From the NCBI RefSeq assembly GCF_036321535.1, contig NC_087449.1, forward strand, positions 60,326,001 through 60,390,000: a stretch of DNA of 64,000 nucleotides, read 5' to 3'. Position numbers and translations under genes: made by a program. Each line of letters opens with the position of its first letter. The stretch's first letter is position 1. This stretch comes from Camelus dromedarius. Taxonomy: Eukaryota. Positions 13,901 through 37,000 of the stretch are shown here, piece after piece. The notes beneath the pieces were generated by a model, which saw only the letters and a list, made by a program, of their open reading frames with translations, was not told where the DNA came from and searched no databases.

Positions 13901-16619
13901 CGTTAAAGGAAATGCTGTCTGTCAGCTTCCACATCCAACTGGCCTTCTTCTAAGAACCCCTCCAGGCCCTCCTCCCTATCTGCCCAGCCCTTGTAACTGT
14001 CTCTTGCTAGATCCCTTCAAGGGCCCCTAATGTCCCCTTGTCTCCACCCTTGGCCCCTGCTCCCCTAATGAGGATGTTCTCCCTAGACAACAGATCTGAC
14101 TTGTTGCTCTCCTGCTCATTACCCTGCTGTAGCTCCCCATGGCTATAAGGAGAATGATGGTGCCCTCAGCCTGGCTCTCCCAGTCCCCAGTCTGGCCCTT
14201 GTCGGGCTTCCCAGCCTTTTCTGCCAGTCTAGTCCTGGTGTTGCCCCCATATCTTGCCCCTGGTAGTACTAGAACCATGCCAGACTTTTCCATGCCTTCA
14301 TCTTCTTCTCATCTCTGAAATAGTCCCCGAGTCTTGCCTCCATTTGTCCAACCCAACCTGCCCTCAAAGCCTGACTCCAGTCCACCTCTTCCAGGAAGCC
14401 CTCCCTGCTTGCTGCACACCTCCCTTCACCACCACAGGTCTTACCATCAGGAGAGCTGGCACTGTTCCAGGCACAGAGGATACGCTCTCAGAATTTGTTA
14501 ACTAATGGATAAAGGGGCAGTCTGGGTGAATATCGAATGTATCTTTGAGTGGGTCCCCTTGGGCGGAAGAGTCTGAACTTGGTCAGAAAGGGAATGGGGG
14601 TGTGACAGGTCTGGAGAAGCATTAGGTGGGCAGGAACACTGGCTGGAAACAGGATACCAGGAGGGCTAGGGGCCTGCAGGTGGGTAGGGAGCATCTACAT
14701 GAGTGGGGCTCAGGGTATGGGAGGGCGTGGGGCAGGCAGGGAGTGGGCACGAGGTGTTGTCTGGGCATGAGGAACTGGCTGGGTGAGGCACTGTGGGTGT
14801 GGGGCTGTGAGCACATGGGGCGTTGGGTGAGTATGGGACACTGGATGGATCTGGGGTATAGGCCATCGGATGGGCCTGAGGTGTTGAGGGGCCTGGGGCA
14901 CTGGGGATGGGGCCCTGAGCTGGGCCTTGGGTCAAGGCTGTCACACAACTGCCCTCCATGCCCCCAGGAGTGGTGCAGAGCATCAAGGACCACATCACAA
15001 AGCCCACAGCCATGGCACGTGGCCGCGTGGCCCACCTCATCGAGTGGAAGGGCTGGAGTGCCCAGCGCTCAGGCTGGGAGCTGTCCCCGGCTGAGGACGA
15101 GCATTACTGCTGCCTCCCAGATGAGGTGCGCGAAGCCCGCTTTGCCGCAGGTCAGTGTGGGGAGGAAGAGCTTGGGGACAGGACTGGCCAGGGCTCTGGT
15201 CCTTAGGGGACCCTCGGTCACTACCTGGGCATTGTCTGGGCAGGGAAAAATAATGCCACGGGGTGGACAGGGCATTGGTGGGCACCCTGATCACCCGGGC
15301 ATGAGAGGCAACGTCTGGTGCCAGCCTGTCCTGGCACCTGTGGCCGCCCCCACCCTCTGCCCCTGCCCCCACTGAGCTGGCTCTGTCCCCATCAGGGGTT
15401 GCCGAGCAGTTTGCCATCACGGAGGCCACACTGAGCGCCTGGTCCTCGCTGGATGACGAGGAGCTGCACCCAGAGGACAACCCCCAGGACGTCATCCAGC
15501 TACAGGGTACAGCCCGGGTGGGGCACCAGGGTCGGGTGGGTGCCGCAGGGCCAGAGCTGCAGGCTGGCTCGGCCAGCAGATGCCCTGTGACCTCAGCCTT
15601 AGTTTCTTCATCTGGTGATCCTCGCCCTGCCCATTACCTGGGCATATACGTGAGCATAAAGGAGAGATGATGATGATGCCAGATGGATGTGTAGGTAGAT
15701 AGAAAGGAAGGAAACATGAATGAAGTGCTTGTGTGCCAAGCACTTTACTTGTCTCATCTCACTTTCTCCTCGGGACAGCTCTAGGAAGTAGGTCCTGTTA
15801 TTACCTCCATTTTACAAATAAGGGAAACTGAGGCATCAAGAAACTCGCCTCATATTACACAGTGAGAGGCATCAGAGTCAGGATCTGAACCTTAACACCA
15901 AGCACAGTCAATCAGCTTGCTAGAAACCAGTTTACTGCTGAGGGCTTCAAGGAGCCTGGGTCCTGGGTGCAGCCTGCATCACCTTAACTTAATCCTCCCT
16001 CTGACAGTGAGGGAAGGGAAGGGGACAGAGGTCTGGAAGAGCACTTGTCGTAAATGTCAGAGCCCAGAAGGATCTGAGGTGAGTCAGGCTGGCTTCCAGA
16101 ACCTGCTTTTAACTATTCTGTGCACTACTGCCGCCACCCGCCCCATCACCCCCAGGGAGAAACTAAGGCTCAGAGAGGTTCAGTGTCTTGCCCAAGGTCA
16201 CACAGCTTGGCTGTGGCAAAGCAAGGTTTGGAGGCAGGTCTCCTGCCCCTTGCACTCCCTCACACACTAGGAGAGGACAAGGAGCAGGGTCTTCTGAGCT
16301 CCATTCCTCACCCCCACCCCCTGTTGCTTTTCCAGACCTGGAGAGCATCTACCTTCAGGACAGCCTTCTGAGTGTCCCCTCTCAGGATGACAGTCTTCTG
16401 GCCTTCTCCTCCCCTGGCCTCTCCCCCGATGGCTGGCCCTCACCTGAAGAGCCCCCCTTCACAGCTGCCAGCTCACAGCCCCCCAGTCCTGAGCAGCAGC
16501 ATCGGCAGCGGCTGCCGGGGGCCCCAGGGCCGGAGGCTGGGGCCTGCCTGCAGGGCTCCCTCCCCTCGGTGGACAGCGGCTCCCTCTCGGAGGAGGAGGA
16601 TGAGGTGTTCTATAACTGA
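1149..16619 (+). CDS. FAM131C: Protein FAM131C, 281 aa; join(1149..1170,11504..11619,12401..12436,12715..12808,14968..15150,15396..15506,16336..16619)
   Basis: All introns GT-AG with compatible phases; total 846 nt. Translation MGSCVSRDLFTSAHKDCP...DKQMDFCWDPWQRCFQTTNGYLSDSRS...KPTAMARGRVAHLIEWKGW...EDEHYCCLPDEVREARFAAGVAEQFAITEATLSAW...EEEDEVFYN* matches recalled human FAM131C. N-terminal MGSCVS fits a myristoylation/palmitoylation motif. Confidence 0.96.
3640..3875 (+). mobile_element. MIR SINE
   Basis: ctagctctgtgacctcagcaggtgacttaa...tctcatctctaaaatggg...catgtaaagcactcagaccagtgcctagcatgtagtaagc. Confidence 0.75.
4890..4938. repeat. (CA)n microsatellite
   Basis: Uninterrupted CA run of about 24 units. 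Confidence 0.95.
4980..5225 (+). mobile_element. MIR SINE (copy A of a near-identical pair)
   Basis: Core ctctgagcctcagtttcccc..tgtaaaatggg..aatagtacctac; 3' end gtaggtgttcaataaa. Confidence 0.75.
5970..6126 (+). mobile_element. MIR SINE (copy B of a near-identical pair)
   Basis: 141/157 identical without gaps to 4997-5153 by manual alignment. Confidence 0.75.
8264..8313. repeat. 20-bp tandem repeat x2.5 (ccccacctgtgcctcagtct)
   Basis: Read directly; two perfect units plus a half unit. Confidence 0.9.
9130..10440 (-). mobile_element. L2 LINE remnant
   Basis: tttatagagcacttactaagtgcaggc... then purine-rich antisense L2 body (ggccagagtggccagaacag, gtccaacctgg, gagatgcctattgggcatc). Confidence 0.6.
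13560..14505 (+). mobile_element. L2 LINE remnant
   Basis: Pyrimidine-rich L2 body ending ggcactgttccaggcacagagg...atttgttaactaatgg. Confidence 0.55.
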
Positions 16620-17190
16620 GGCGGAGGGGGTCCTGGAGCCTGCTCACACCGTGACCTTGCCTGCTGGGTAGCCCAGGAGTATCAGGACACCAGAGTCTGG
16701 GCTGGGCATCTCTTGACCCCTCAGGGCCGGCACAGGTGGGTGCGGCAGGGATGGGGCCAGCACTCCTGGCAGACCACTGTGTGCTTCCGTGGACCTGCCC
16801 CCAGCAGTGGAAGCCGTAGTCCGCTTCTCTCTCTTGGCTCAGGCCGGCACCTTCCCCTGCAGCGTTTCTGCCATCAGCGAGCTCGAGGACTCTCAGCAGA
16901 CACTCGGGCAAGCCGCCCAGGCAGACAGCCACGGAAAGGCCTAGGAGACCCACTAGGGGTAGGGTCTGGGAACCCTGCCTGGACTCCAGGGCTCAGTCCC
17001 TCCCCGTCTGTGCTTCTGTCCCCCATCAGAGGTGGGGAGGCCCCTTCTGGTAGCTAACATCTGTTCCTTAGCTCTCTTCATGAGGATTCTTTCTCTGTCT
17101 GTTGGCCCCTCACTGTCTGAATCTGCTCCCTGGTGCCCTGCTCCCCCTCCTTGCACCCTCCTCCCATCTCCCTGAAGGTTCTCTGAAGAC

Positions 17191-17196
17191 ATTAAA
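17191..17196 (+). terminator. Probable FAM131C polyadenylation signal (ATTAAA)
   Basis: First poly(A)-type hexamer I found on + after the stop at 16619; no AATAAA seen on + before the convergent gene. Confidence 0.5.
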
Positions 17197-17694
17197 GCGG
17201 TGGATTCACCCTGGATGAACTTGGCCTGGTCTCTGCTGGGGACAGTGTGTCCTCGGGCCCCTGGTGGGAGAAGCTCTAGAAAGACTTTGGCGATAGCCCT
17301 TTTCCCCTAGTACACAGACAGCTGGTCAACCTGCTGCTAGCAGCCAGGAGAGTCCCCATGGAGCATGCCCAAGGAGCCATACCTGGGGACTTCGGTTTGT
17401 CAACCCTGGCTCAGCCAAGGAGGAGGCTGAGGCTGGAGTGAAGGTAACTGGAGCACAGGGTCCTGCTTATACATGAGGACGAGCATCACACAACCTGGGG
17501 GGAACCCACTCTACCCCATATCTCCCTGCCAGGAAGCAGGGCATAAGGAGTGGGAGACCAGGGGCCTAGGTATGCAATGCCCCCATAACCATTAGGGGGC
17601 GCCAAGAGCTTGCTCAGGGCTGGCGCAGGTAAGGAGTTAAGGTCAACGCCTTTGAAGCTGAGGTAAGGGACAGACTGCAGCTCTGTGAATCAGC

Positions 17695-17700
17695 TTTATT
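17695..17700 (-). terminator. Probable ClC-K polyadenylation signal (AATAAA on minus)
   Basis: tttatt on + about 390 nt downstream of the ClC-K stop codon (18090). Confidence 0.65.
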
Positions 17701-18089
17701 TTTTCTTGGGAACTTCTGGTTGGGAGTCATACAGCCCCCAGAGCACATCTGTGCCTGCCCTTGATAACAGCATATACTAAGCTCTTCATTTGTGAATTTG
17801 ATGCCTTCATTGAGAACCCACCATATGCTGGTTTTCTGCTATCTTGCATTCTGAGCTTTGTCCAGGGTGGAATTTGTTCTTCAAGGCATGTAGCCCTTGT
17901 CCCACCAAAGAAGGGACATGGTGACTGTGGGGCCCTCTTCAGTGTTAGGTTAGCTGCCTGCTTCGCCAAGGAGTTGAGCTGGGCTGGAGGGGAGGGGTGT
18001 GTTGTGATAAGAGAGAGAAGCAGGGTCTCTGCCCAGTTTCCTTCACCAGGGCAGCTGAGGGGCCCTTTGTTTCATCTTGCCAGGCTGGC

Positions 18090-29620
<11,531 letters not shown>

Positions 29621-30131
29621 CTACTTCCTGGATAGAAAGGAAAGGTGGCATTTTCAGGAGGGATCAGAAGTCTGGTGTGTCCTCATTCCTGAGGGGGTGT
29701 CACTGAGAGTGCTAATGTTCTGGGTCAGGGTGTGGGGTTCCTAGTGTCCCCTCCATGTTCAGCAGCAGACTGATCAAGGAAGGACCCCAGGCTCAGAGCC
29801 CCCTTCCCCCTCCTGTGGCCACTGCTCCTACCCTCCCAGGAAGCTTGGCTGCTTCCACTGCTCAGAGCAGTCTCTGCCCAGGGGAGTCACTGTCTCCCTG
29901 TGGGGTCCCTATGGACCGCTCTGACTCCCCATGCCCATCCCGGACCCCCCTCTCCCTCAGATCAGGCCACAGAATCAGGAAAACCCCAGCACCAGAAGGA
30001 GAGCCTGTGAGGCAAAGGAGATGCTGGCTCCCTGCCCCCCAGCCTCCTGGTCCTGTCCTGCCTGCCCTGCCCTGGCCCAGGCAGGTTCCATCCAAGTCCC
30101 TGCCCCAGCTTTGCACCCGGCGGCCCCTCAC

Positions 30132-30215
30132 CTCCGTCAGTCCGCTCTGCTGTGGCCCCAGCCAGCCCTCCTCTGACAGAGACTCCTTTGCTCGCAGCTC
30201 AGGTGCACCTGGACA
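30132..30215 (-). other. Probable non-coding exon 1 of the ClC-K gene
   Basis: Donor GAG|gtgagg at 30132/30131; the exon 2 acceptor ccttag|GGACCTG-ATG at 29552 gives a 7-nt leader as in recalled human CLCNK. The 5' limit is approximate. Confidence 0.55.
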
Positions 30216-33200
30216 GGTGTGTGTTCCACCAATCAACATCCTGGCCCCCCCTCCTCTGCGCCCCGCCGGGGTTTACCCTGGCCATTAAGAATGTCCTTGA
30301 CAAACCAACTGGAACTGCCCCAGCCAGCTGAGCGGTACAGGTCAGAGCAGCCAAGAGGGATCGGGGGCAGGGGCTCCCCCGACCCACCAGAGCCACACAG
30401 AGGCAGGTGGTACCCAACTGAGCTGCAGGCCGGGGTACACAGGCCCTGGGAGGGGGAAGCTCATGACACAGCAGGATGGTGAGGGGTCACCTGCAGGGGC
30501 TGAAGGTCAGGGCCCCAGATTCTCAGAGCTGGGCATGGGAGGGGTTTAAAATAGCAGAGAAGGGAGAGGGGGAAACCAATGGAATGGGAGGAAGGACTCA
30601 TAGACGAGGAGCACTGCCATAACCACACCCTTGTTACATGCCAGGCACTGTGCTCAATCATCCTCCAGATCGGTGCGTGCTCATGGGAACCCAACGAGGC
30701 AGGCAGTATTAGCCCATTTTAAAGAAACAGAGTCTCAGAGAGGTGAAACTGCTTGCCCAAGGTCACAGAGGCCGAGGGACAAAGCTGAGATTTCCACCCA
30801 GGCTTGCCTGGTTCCAAAGCTTGCACCCTACTCCAAGTTCCTGCCTCAATGACCTGCCTTGCTCAGAGGTGGAGAGGAGGCGGACAAGCTTGAGCAGGGG
30901 CAGGGAATTGCTGGGGCTGCCGAGGAACTTGGACTAGATCCTCATGTCCAGACCCTCCAATCTCAGAAAATTGCCTCTCAAATCACAGCACCCAAGAGGC
31001 AGTGGCATTGCTTGGGGCTTCTGGGTAAATGCCACAGACTTGTCCCACCTCAACAGAGGGTAGGAATGTGCACATAACACCTGGTACCCTGTTCATCCTC
31101 CCTGCCCCTTTCTGGATCGGAGACAGCAGCACCATTTTGCAGATGATACATGGAGGATCAGAGAGGTGCAGTTGCTCAGCTAAGGTCACACAGCAAAGGC
31201 TGAACCCAGACCTAGACTCTGTGGCTCTTCCTCTGCCCGGAGCTCCTCCAGCAACTATGGCTTAATCATTCAGGGCCAAGGTTTGGGCACAAGCAGAGGA
31301 TTTGTATCTGATGTCACTTTTAGAAGATTTCGGTAAGAGATCTGGGACAACCCCCTCCCTCGACTTCCAGAAAAAGCCCCGCTTCTGAAAATCACTGTGG
31401 CCCTTCAATGACTTGTTAAAATCCTGAGACCCTGAGCCATCCTCTGCCTCTAGATGTCAGGCCATGTCAATCCAAACTAGGAGCATGTGGGAAAAAAAAA
31501 AAGATATAAACAAAACCCAAACAAAATAGGAGCATGTGTGTGTTGTGAGAGGTGGGGGCTTGCTGCTGTGCATGGACCTGGGCCCACTGTTGCCTTGGCT
31601 ACACCAAGCTGTGTACAGTAACAGGATAACCGACCATCCTGTTGACATCCCAAACCCCAATCTCTGGTCTCGGGCAGCTGGCTATAATTCACAGCCGGCA
31701 CTGGCCAGCCACTCAGCACCGCATGTCCACACCCTCACCCCCCAGCACTGGGAGCACCCGGAAATTGGGAAGAGGGCAGCATAGGGACCCGGTGCTGGTG
31801 GCAAGTCCCTGCCAAAGCCGTTTCCCCCACCTGCCAGCCCCCAACTTCTCCCTCTTCTGCATCAAGCAGTGAAGGGTGAGAGCAGTGATACCTGCTGAGT
31901 GATGAGTGGTTCCTAGCACCAGCCTGTGGGCTGGCTGAGAAGAGGGTCTGATGGGAGCAGATTCCTGGTCCTTTCCCAAGACCCCAAGTCAGAATCTTGG
32001 GGTACATGGGAAAAGTGTGTGTTTGTTAAAAGTTCCTTCAAGTGACTGGGATGCCCCTAGGTCTGAGGTTCAAGGCATTGGGTCATCTCTGAAGCACCTT
32101 CTGCCCAGGGATCTGAAGGGAGAGACATGCACAGAGACAGGGGAATGGCCTTGATGACCTTTCAGGGTCCCTCTTGGCCACTGAAGCCAGTGGATGCAGT
32201 GCATGTGTGGGTGACGCCTCAGGGATGGAGAGAAGGGGGGGCAGGGATGGTGGGCGGGGGTGGGTAATGAGATCTGACGTCCAGGAGCAGTGACTCAGGC
32301 TCTCAGTACCATGACAGTGTGTCTGCATTTAGCCACTGGCTCCTGTTTCCCTGGCGGGTGGCAGGCTTCTGGGCCCCCCACCCCCCACCCCCACCTTCTT
32401 TCCGTCTCTCCTCAGTGCTGGTAACTTCCTGGCAGTCCTACTAGAACCCCCTCGGTCAGGATGTGTGACACAAGCCACGCAGGAATATCCACTGGAGAGA
32501 CAGGCCCCTCTTGCTCCAGCCACCACCCTGGCCCCAGTTTATGGACCAGTGATCACCTCTGCAAATGGAGCCCCCCAAGTATGAAGTTCTGTGGGAGCCA
32601 GAGGAAAGGGAAACAGTCCCCACCTTCAGAAGACCCCAATCTAATGGGGAGACAGGCGAACCTCTGCCCCAGGGGAGCTGCCACTCTGACGGGAGAGAGG
32701 ACACAGCAGAGGACACAGGAAGACCATGTCACACTCTGGGGGTGGGGGGCAAAGACAGTCAGTACAGCAGGCATCTGGGCAGGATGCCTTGCGTGGGCTG
32801 CAGCCATCAGAGAAGCCTCCATGGTGGAGGAGGAACCAGAGCTGATCTGGTTAGGAAGGGCAGGGTCTGGAGAGGAGAGCAGAGGCCCACACTGCAACCT
32901 GGGCAGCAGGGGGCCCGCGAGCCTCTCAGAACAGCCTTGCCCTGCTTCACCTCCTGGTCCTGCAGGATGTCAGTCCTGGCTCTGCTGAGCCGTGGGTGGG
33001 CAGAGAGGGGCTCCTCAGGGTGTTCTGGGCCAACCTGTCTCCTTCCACGAATGTTCAGGTCACCCTGGCCCCCTGGAGGGTTTGGATCAGACACATCTGG
33101 GTTCCAATCCCAGCTCTGCACTTACCCACGTGCCAGCCCCAGGCTCTCTGTGAGGCTCCATTTCTCTGTCTCTAAAATGGGATTACTATCTCCTTCCCAG

Positions 33201-34119
33201 CCATGTGGGGATCAAATGAGGCCATGCTGGAAAGCTCACAGCCGGAAGCCTGTGCCCTGCAGGCGCCTCAGAAGTCAGAGCTAGAACAACTGTCTCGTGG
33301 AATTCTCCTTTACCTCTAACTGAAACCCTGCCCGCGGCCATCCCGGCATCTCCTTTGAGCCGGAGGTGAAGCAGACGGTTTCTGGGAACATAACCTTCTA
33401 TATCGTTAAGGACCATTACTAAATGAGCTGCTCTCTTCCCCTGAGTCCAATCCCAACCCCCAGCCCGGCCTCAGCTTTCTCCTCTTGGGTCCCCAAATGT
33501 TCCAGAGTCAGTGGGAAGGCAAGCATGAAACCTGGGTTCCCTGTGGGAGCTGGCAGGCAAACAGCTGCACATTCTGTCCCCTCTCCCAGGGCTGTCTCAG
33601 TCCTTCCTAAGAGATGGCTGTGAACATTATCTGCTCTAAGGGAAGGAACCCCTCACTTCACGGAGGGGTCCAGCAGGTGGGGGGCCTCCCCAAACCCCCG
33701 ACCTCTTGACCTTGCATCCCCTGCCCTCCCCAGAGCTAGGGGGCTTGGGCCTCCTGATCACTCACCACCCAGGTCCCTCTTACCAAGGGCTGGAACTTCA
33801 GGGGAGAGGGGACAGGAGAGAGAGAAAACCCTGACCTCAAGGAGCTTGCAATCTGACAGGGTGGCACAGTCCTTAGCCTCAGGCTGATGGGAGAGACAGA
33901 GACATAGGAACACCACAGGCACAAGGTCCTGGGGTGGGCACAGGGGTCTGAGGGCAAGGGGACATGATGGGCCCCCACCCTATTGCAGTGCGGAGGCCTC
34001 GGGGCTGGGAGTTATCAGCCTGGAATGCCGGGAGGTGAGCTCGGCCTGCCTGTGTTGGGCTGTCAGCAGGGCCGTCTCACGGGAGAAGACTTCCAGCCCC
34101 CTCTGGGCCATGGAGAGGA

Positions 34120-34180
34120 CTAAATTTAGCTAGTAGACAAGGGGCTGGCCCCGCGCCCAGGGACGGCCGGGCCTTATAAA
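34120..34180 (+). promoter_or_regulatory. HSPB7 proximal promoter: MEF2 site CTAAATTTAG (34120-34129) and TATA box TATAAA (34175-34180)
   Basis: Perfect YTA(W)4TAR match and a TATA box about 100 nt upstream of the ATG; HSPB7 is a known MEF2-regulated muscle gene. Confidence 0.75.
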
Positions 34181-34280
34181 GCGCCGGCAGTCGGGGCCCG
34201 GCACGCTCTCCCAGGGCTGCTGCCCACACCCTCTCCTGTCCGCCCCTGCCCGCCGGCCAGGGCCCGGCCGCCCGCCGTGG

Positions 34281-36644
34281 ATGAGCCACAGGACATCCTC
34301 CACCTTCAGAGCGGAGAGAAGCTTCCATTCCTCTTCCTCCTCCTCCTCGTCCTCCTCGGCCTCCTCCTCGGCCTCCCGCGCCCTCCCAGCCCAGGACCCA
34401 CCCATGGAGAAGGCCTTGAGCATGTTTTCTGAGGATTTTGGCAGCTTCATGCGGCCCCACTCGGAGCCCCTGGCCTTCCCAGGCAAGTGCTCGGGGGTCC
34501 ATGGGGAGGGGAGGTGCACAGGGAGGGGACACCTGCTGACACTGCTGCCAGGCCACCACCCAACACGGCTGCGGCTCCCGAGCTGCCAGGAACAGGTGCT
34601 GTACAGCTGCAGCCACGTGTGGCCACCAGGACAGATGTGGCCACAGAGACAGATGTGGCTGTGAGAACAGGCGGGCCTCCAAAGAACAGTTCTGGCCTGG
34701 GGGTCAACTGTGGCGCCAAGGGCCACATTAGGCCTGCCGCCAGGTCTTAACTGGAGCCCTGGAGAGCTACACGGGTCAGGGGGCTGGATGCATTCCCCAC
34801 TCCAGGCCTGGGGCGGGTCCCTACAGTGTCAGAGGCTGGTACGTGGGGCCAGGGAGGATCTATCCACCTCTGTGCCGGTGAGTGAGGCTGGATGATGATA
34901 AAGGTGGGCTGCAAGAAGCGAGGAGGAGGGGGCAGGGTGGTTTAGGAGCAACAGCTGAGGGGGAGGTCAGGCCTGGGGGGCCGCCCCTTCTCCCAGGAGA
35001 AGGAGCCGGAAACCTGGGTTCTGGGTACAACCCTGCCCTGCGCTCAGCTCATGGCAGCCCTCCCCACAGCCCGTCCCGGGGGGCCAGGCAACATCAAGAC
35101 CCTGGGAGATGCCTATGAGTTTGCAGTGGACGTGAGTGACTTCTCCCCTGAGGACATCATTGTCACCACCTCCAACAACCACATCGAAGTGCGAGCTGAG
35201 AAGGTGAGCCTGCCCTCCGCCCTGACCCTGGGCTCCACACCTGTACCCTCAGCCCAGAGTCCTCACTCCCATGCCCCATCCTGGGACCCCACACCCTGAC
35301 CAGTGTACCCTCGACCCCCCGGGACAAACTGGAGCTCCTGCTCCTGTAGCCCATGGGCCACAGGAGCCCCATTACTGCCTCTCTCTGCCCCGAGGCGCCA
35401 AGATCCTTTCTTCAGGAGCCACGGGCAGCTGAGGAAGCCACCCGGGATTGGAGGAGGGGTGGAGGGAGGTGGGCGGGGGCACCTGAGGAGGTGAGGTGAG
35501 AAGATGGGATAAGAGGAGGGAGAGAGTGGCTGAGGGAGGCAGGCATGTGGGTGGGGGGGCTCACCTGGGCAGCTGGGAGGAGGAGCTCCCCCACATGACA
35601 TGCCTCAAGTCCTCTTCCCTCCTGGACCCAGAGGCCCAGCCCATATCTTGAGACCCCCGAATTGGGCCCAAGCCTGGGCAGAGGCCCTGAAGTCCAGGGT
35701 CACACACATTTCAAACCCCGCATTCCCTCCACCCACGGGTCTCAGGGTCACTGGGTCACTAGGGTCTCTGAGTCTCAGCTCCCAGAAGGCCTGCACCCTG
35801 GAGGAGGGTGTGGCCCTGGCTGAACAGGGATGCTGCCCCGGAGGGGGCCAGTGCCACAGCTGCTCCTTAGAGAAGAGGGTCTGCCCAAGGCTCCCTCTGG
35901 ATCCGCCATGGTCCAGCTTCCTCCACTGAGCATGGGAGGTTGGATGGCTGGGCACCCCCATCAGGGAAGCCAAGGACTGTGGGCAGCAGGACCAGAGGGC
36001 AGCACGTGCCGGCCCTGCCACCCCCCCTACCCAGTGACTCAGCCACCCCAGCTCGTCTGGACACTCTGTGCTGGCTGAGTGGCGGGGGAGGGGCCGCCGG
36101 CCCAGCCCCGGCCGTGGACACCCGCGTATCTGGGTACCCAGGAGGACTCGGCTCTGCTCTGCGCCACCTTCTTGTTGCTCAGAAGCCCCAGATTCTGCCA
36201 CTGAGCCTCCTCCCTCTCTGAGCTCTGCCCCCCAAACCCTAGCCTACCCACTAGACCCACCGGAGCTCCTCTAAGCACCTCTGTACCTGTTCCTGCATAG
36301 CCCCCAGCCCCCGGCCACCACTGCCAGGCCTCTGTACCTGAGAGCAGAACCTCTCAGCATGTAGGGGTCCACCTGGGGTTAGACTGGGGAGTGGGGACTG
36401 TGGCTTGACGTGAGCAGGACAAGGGTGGGAGGCAGCCTGCCCTGACCCACCACGCCTTCCCCAGCTGGCAGCTGACGGCACCGTCATGAACACCTTCGCT
36501 CACAAGTGCCAACTGCCAGAGGATGTGGACCCCACATCGGTGACCTCGGCTCTGAGGGAGGATGGCAGCCTCACCATCCGGGCTCGGCGCCAACCACACA
36601 CAGAGCACGTCCAGCAGACCTTCCGGACGGAGATAAAAATCTGA
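34281..36644 (+). CDS. HSPB7: Heat shock protein beta-7 (cvHSP), 171 aa; join(34281..34482,35070..35203,36465..36644)
   Basis: [16 protein letters not shown][26 protein letters not shown]...[45 protein letters not shown]|[59 protein letters not shown]; alpha-crystallin domain; 516 nt. Intron 1 donor is GC (CAG|gcaagt). Confidence 0.97.
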
Positions 36645-36876
36645 GGGCCTCCCCCTTCCCCTGCCCTCCCCCGACTCACCCATCTTCTCCACCCTGGCCC
36701 ACCAGAGAGGTTTTCCTTACCCCCTCACAACAACATCCAAGACATCTCAGCCCCGGTTCCAGGCCCTGACACCCCCTCCCCAGACCCCAGGTGGGTCACC
36801 ACCAAATGAGGCCTTCTGCTCTACTCAGGGCAGGTCAGGGTCCCCCTTGCCTCACCTGTGGCCCCAGTCAATCCAG

Positions 36877-36882
36877 AATAAA
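36877..36882 (+). terminator. HSPB7 proximal poly(A) signal candidate (AATAAA)
   Basis: Canonical hexamer about 230 nt after the stop. Confidence 0.4.
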
Positions 36883-36973
36883 GGGCTTGGATTGAGGAAA
36901 GGGAGATCCCAGAGAACCCATGCTGGGGAAGGGGGATGGGGACAGGTAGGATCTCTGGGCAAACAATCTGCAG

Positions 36974-37000
36974 GACAGACAGACAGACAGACAGACAGAC
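36974..37000. repeat. (GACA)n tetranucleotide repeat in HSPB7 3' region
   Basis: gacagacagacagacagacagacagac. Confidence 0.9.

Noticed and set aside
9130-14505. Inverted L2 remnants flanking FAM131C exons 2-4 (246 nt, frame-preserving) as circRNA or skipping drivers
   Set aside because: L2 copies are too diverged for me to show real pairing, and there is no direct evidence in the sequence.
14626-15375. 249-aa ORF on +
   Set aside because: It crosses FAM131C exon 5 in another frame, is G-rich and low complexity, and has no homology I recognise.
32565-33284. 239-aa ORF between ClC-K and HSPB7
   Set aside because: It runs into a MIR, has no recognisable domain, and is of a length expected by chance in GC-rich DNA.
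30215-34100. TonEBP/NFAT5 or HNF1 sites as camelid osmotic adaptations in the ClC-K promoter
   Set aside because: I found no full consensus match by eye; a PWM scan would be needed.
34328-34375. HSPB7 poly-serine tract as an expansion
   Set aside because: Only about one Ser longer than recalled human (171 vs 170 aa); ordinary variation.
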